DNA of 64,000 nucleotides from a virus: IMG/VR virus record IMGVR_UViG_3300042393_000799; one strand, 5' to 3'. Shown piece by piece: positions 63,708 to 64,000 of this stretch (position 1 is its first letter; each line of letters starts with the position of its first letter). The notes under the pieces were generated by a model. It saw only the letters and a program-made list of their open reading frames with translations, ran no database searches and was not told where the DNA came from. The position numbers and the translations under genes were made by a program.

Positions 63708-63781
63708 TGACCCCGGATGGACTCGAACCATCGGCCCTCGCATTAAAAGTGCGATGCTCTAACCAACTGAGCTACGAAGTC
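63708..63781 (-). tRNA. tRNA-Lys-TTT: tRNA-Lys (anticodon TTT)
   Basis: rc GACTTCGTAGCTCAGTTGGTTAGAGCATCGCACTTTTAATGCGAGGGCCGATGGTTCGAGTCCATCCGGGGTCA. Confidence 0.8.
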
Positions 63782-63972
63782 TGGTGGAGGTGATAGCGTT
63801 TTTGAAGAACCAGAACCACCCTAAAAACTTTTAAAAAGAGTATAAAATAAACATCTTACCTAAGACCGCGAATCCACGTAAGACTTAACTACACCAAATA
63901 CTTTATTTGCAACTTAAGTATCTGTCACGTTACTACACTTCCGGTTTATTTTATTGCGGCCAGTATTTTATA

Positions 63973-64000
63973 ACGACAATACAAGAATCGAACTTGCTTC
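63973..64000 (-). tRNA. 3' portion of a further tRNA truncated by the window end
   Basis: rc GAAGCAAGTTCGATTCTTGTATTGTCG = T-arm with TTCGATT loop plus acceptor strand. Confidence 0.35.

Overview
This is a visibly AT-rich, gene-dense 64 kb segment of a large virulent dsDNA phage genome. About 110 protein-coding genes are packed with short or overlapping junctions, and all but two lie on the minus strand; a tRNA cluster sits at the right-hand end. The host is probably a Bacteroidota/Flavobacteriia bacterium. This is inferred from a Bacteroidetes-type histone-H1-like micro-gene, several lipobox lipoproteins and the absence of Shine-Dalgarno sequences.

Recognisable genes, by function:
- Surface-sugar genes: KDO-8-phosphate synthase (kdsA), an SDR epimerase/dehydratase, and a 1067-aa three-domain glycosyltransferase (GT9-GT4-GT9), plus GT32-like and GT25 enzymes further right.
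- Lysis functions: a PG-binding/amidase_2 endolysin with membrane-protein neighbours, a glucosaminidase, and a YkuD-fold enzyme next to a holin-like protein.
- NAD salvage or reconstitution pair: a NAMPT/NadV-family gene and a Prs-family ribose-phosphate pyrophosphokinase. ADP-ribose-processing NADAR and Macro genes lie between them.
- tRNA-related genes: a Thg1-like 3'-5' nucleotidyltransferase, a YqeY/GatB-domain protein, a HAD phosphatase and a possible PTH2-like protein.
- Other enzymes: an HD-domain (Rel/Spo-type) hydrolase, an ATP-dependent DNA ligase, thioredoxin, an M42 peptidase, an SPFH protein, a metallophosphoesterase, an SGNH hydrolase, a class-I glutamine amidotransferase and Nudix and HAD hydrolases.
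- RNA genes: eight tRNAs (Ala, Ile, Ser, His, Leu, Val, Lys and a partial one at the window edge) plus a tRNA-like 3' fragment.

The most striking signal is a paralogous family of about 16 genes. Eight of them form one contiguous array at 3757-8487, and their products all begin with a near-identical N-terminal decapeptide, MK(H/K)xKLFEEF(L/I)NE. This motif resembles the T4 capsid-targeting sequence, so these are candidate capsid-packaged, injected proteins, some with enzyme domains.

The second is an approximately 80-nt intergenic cassette repeated at least ten times in the same orientation. Each copy has a conserved motif, a GC hairpin followed by a T-tract, and a TATAATTAAAA box just upstream of the next start codon.

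Several micro-ORFs absent from the supplied ORF track were found by eye, including a histone-H1-like gene, a PspC-domain gene with a TTG start, and three small ORFs joined to the upstream gene by TAATG stop/start overlaps.
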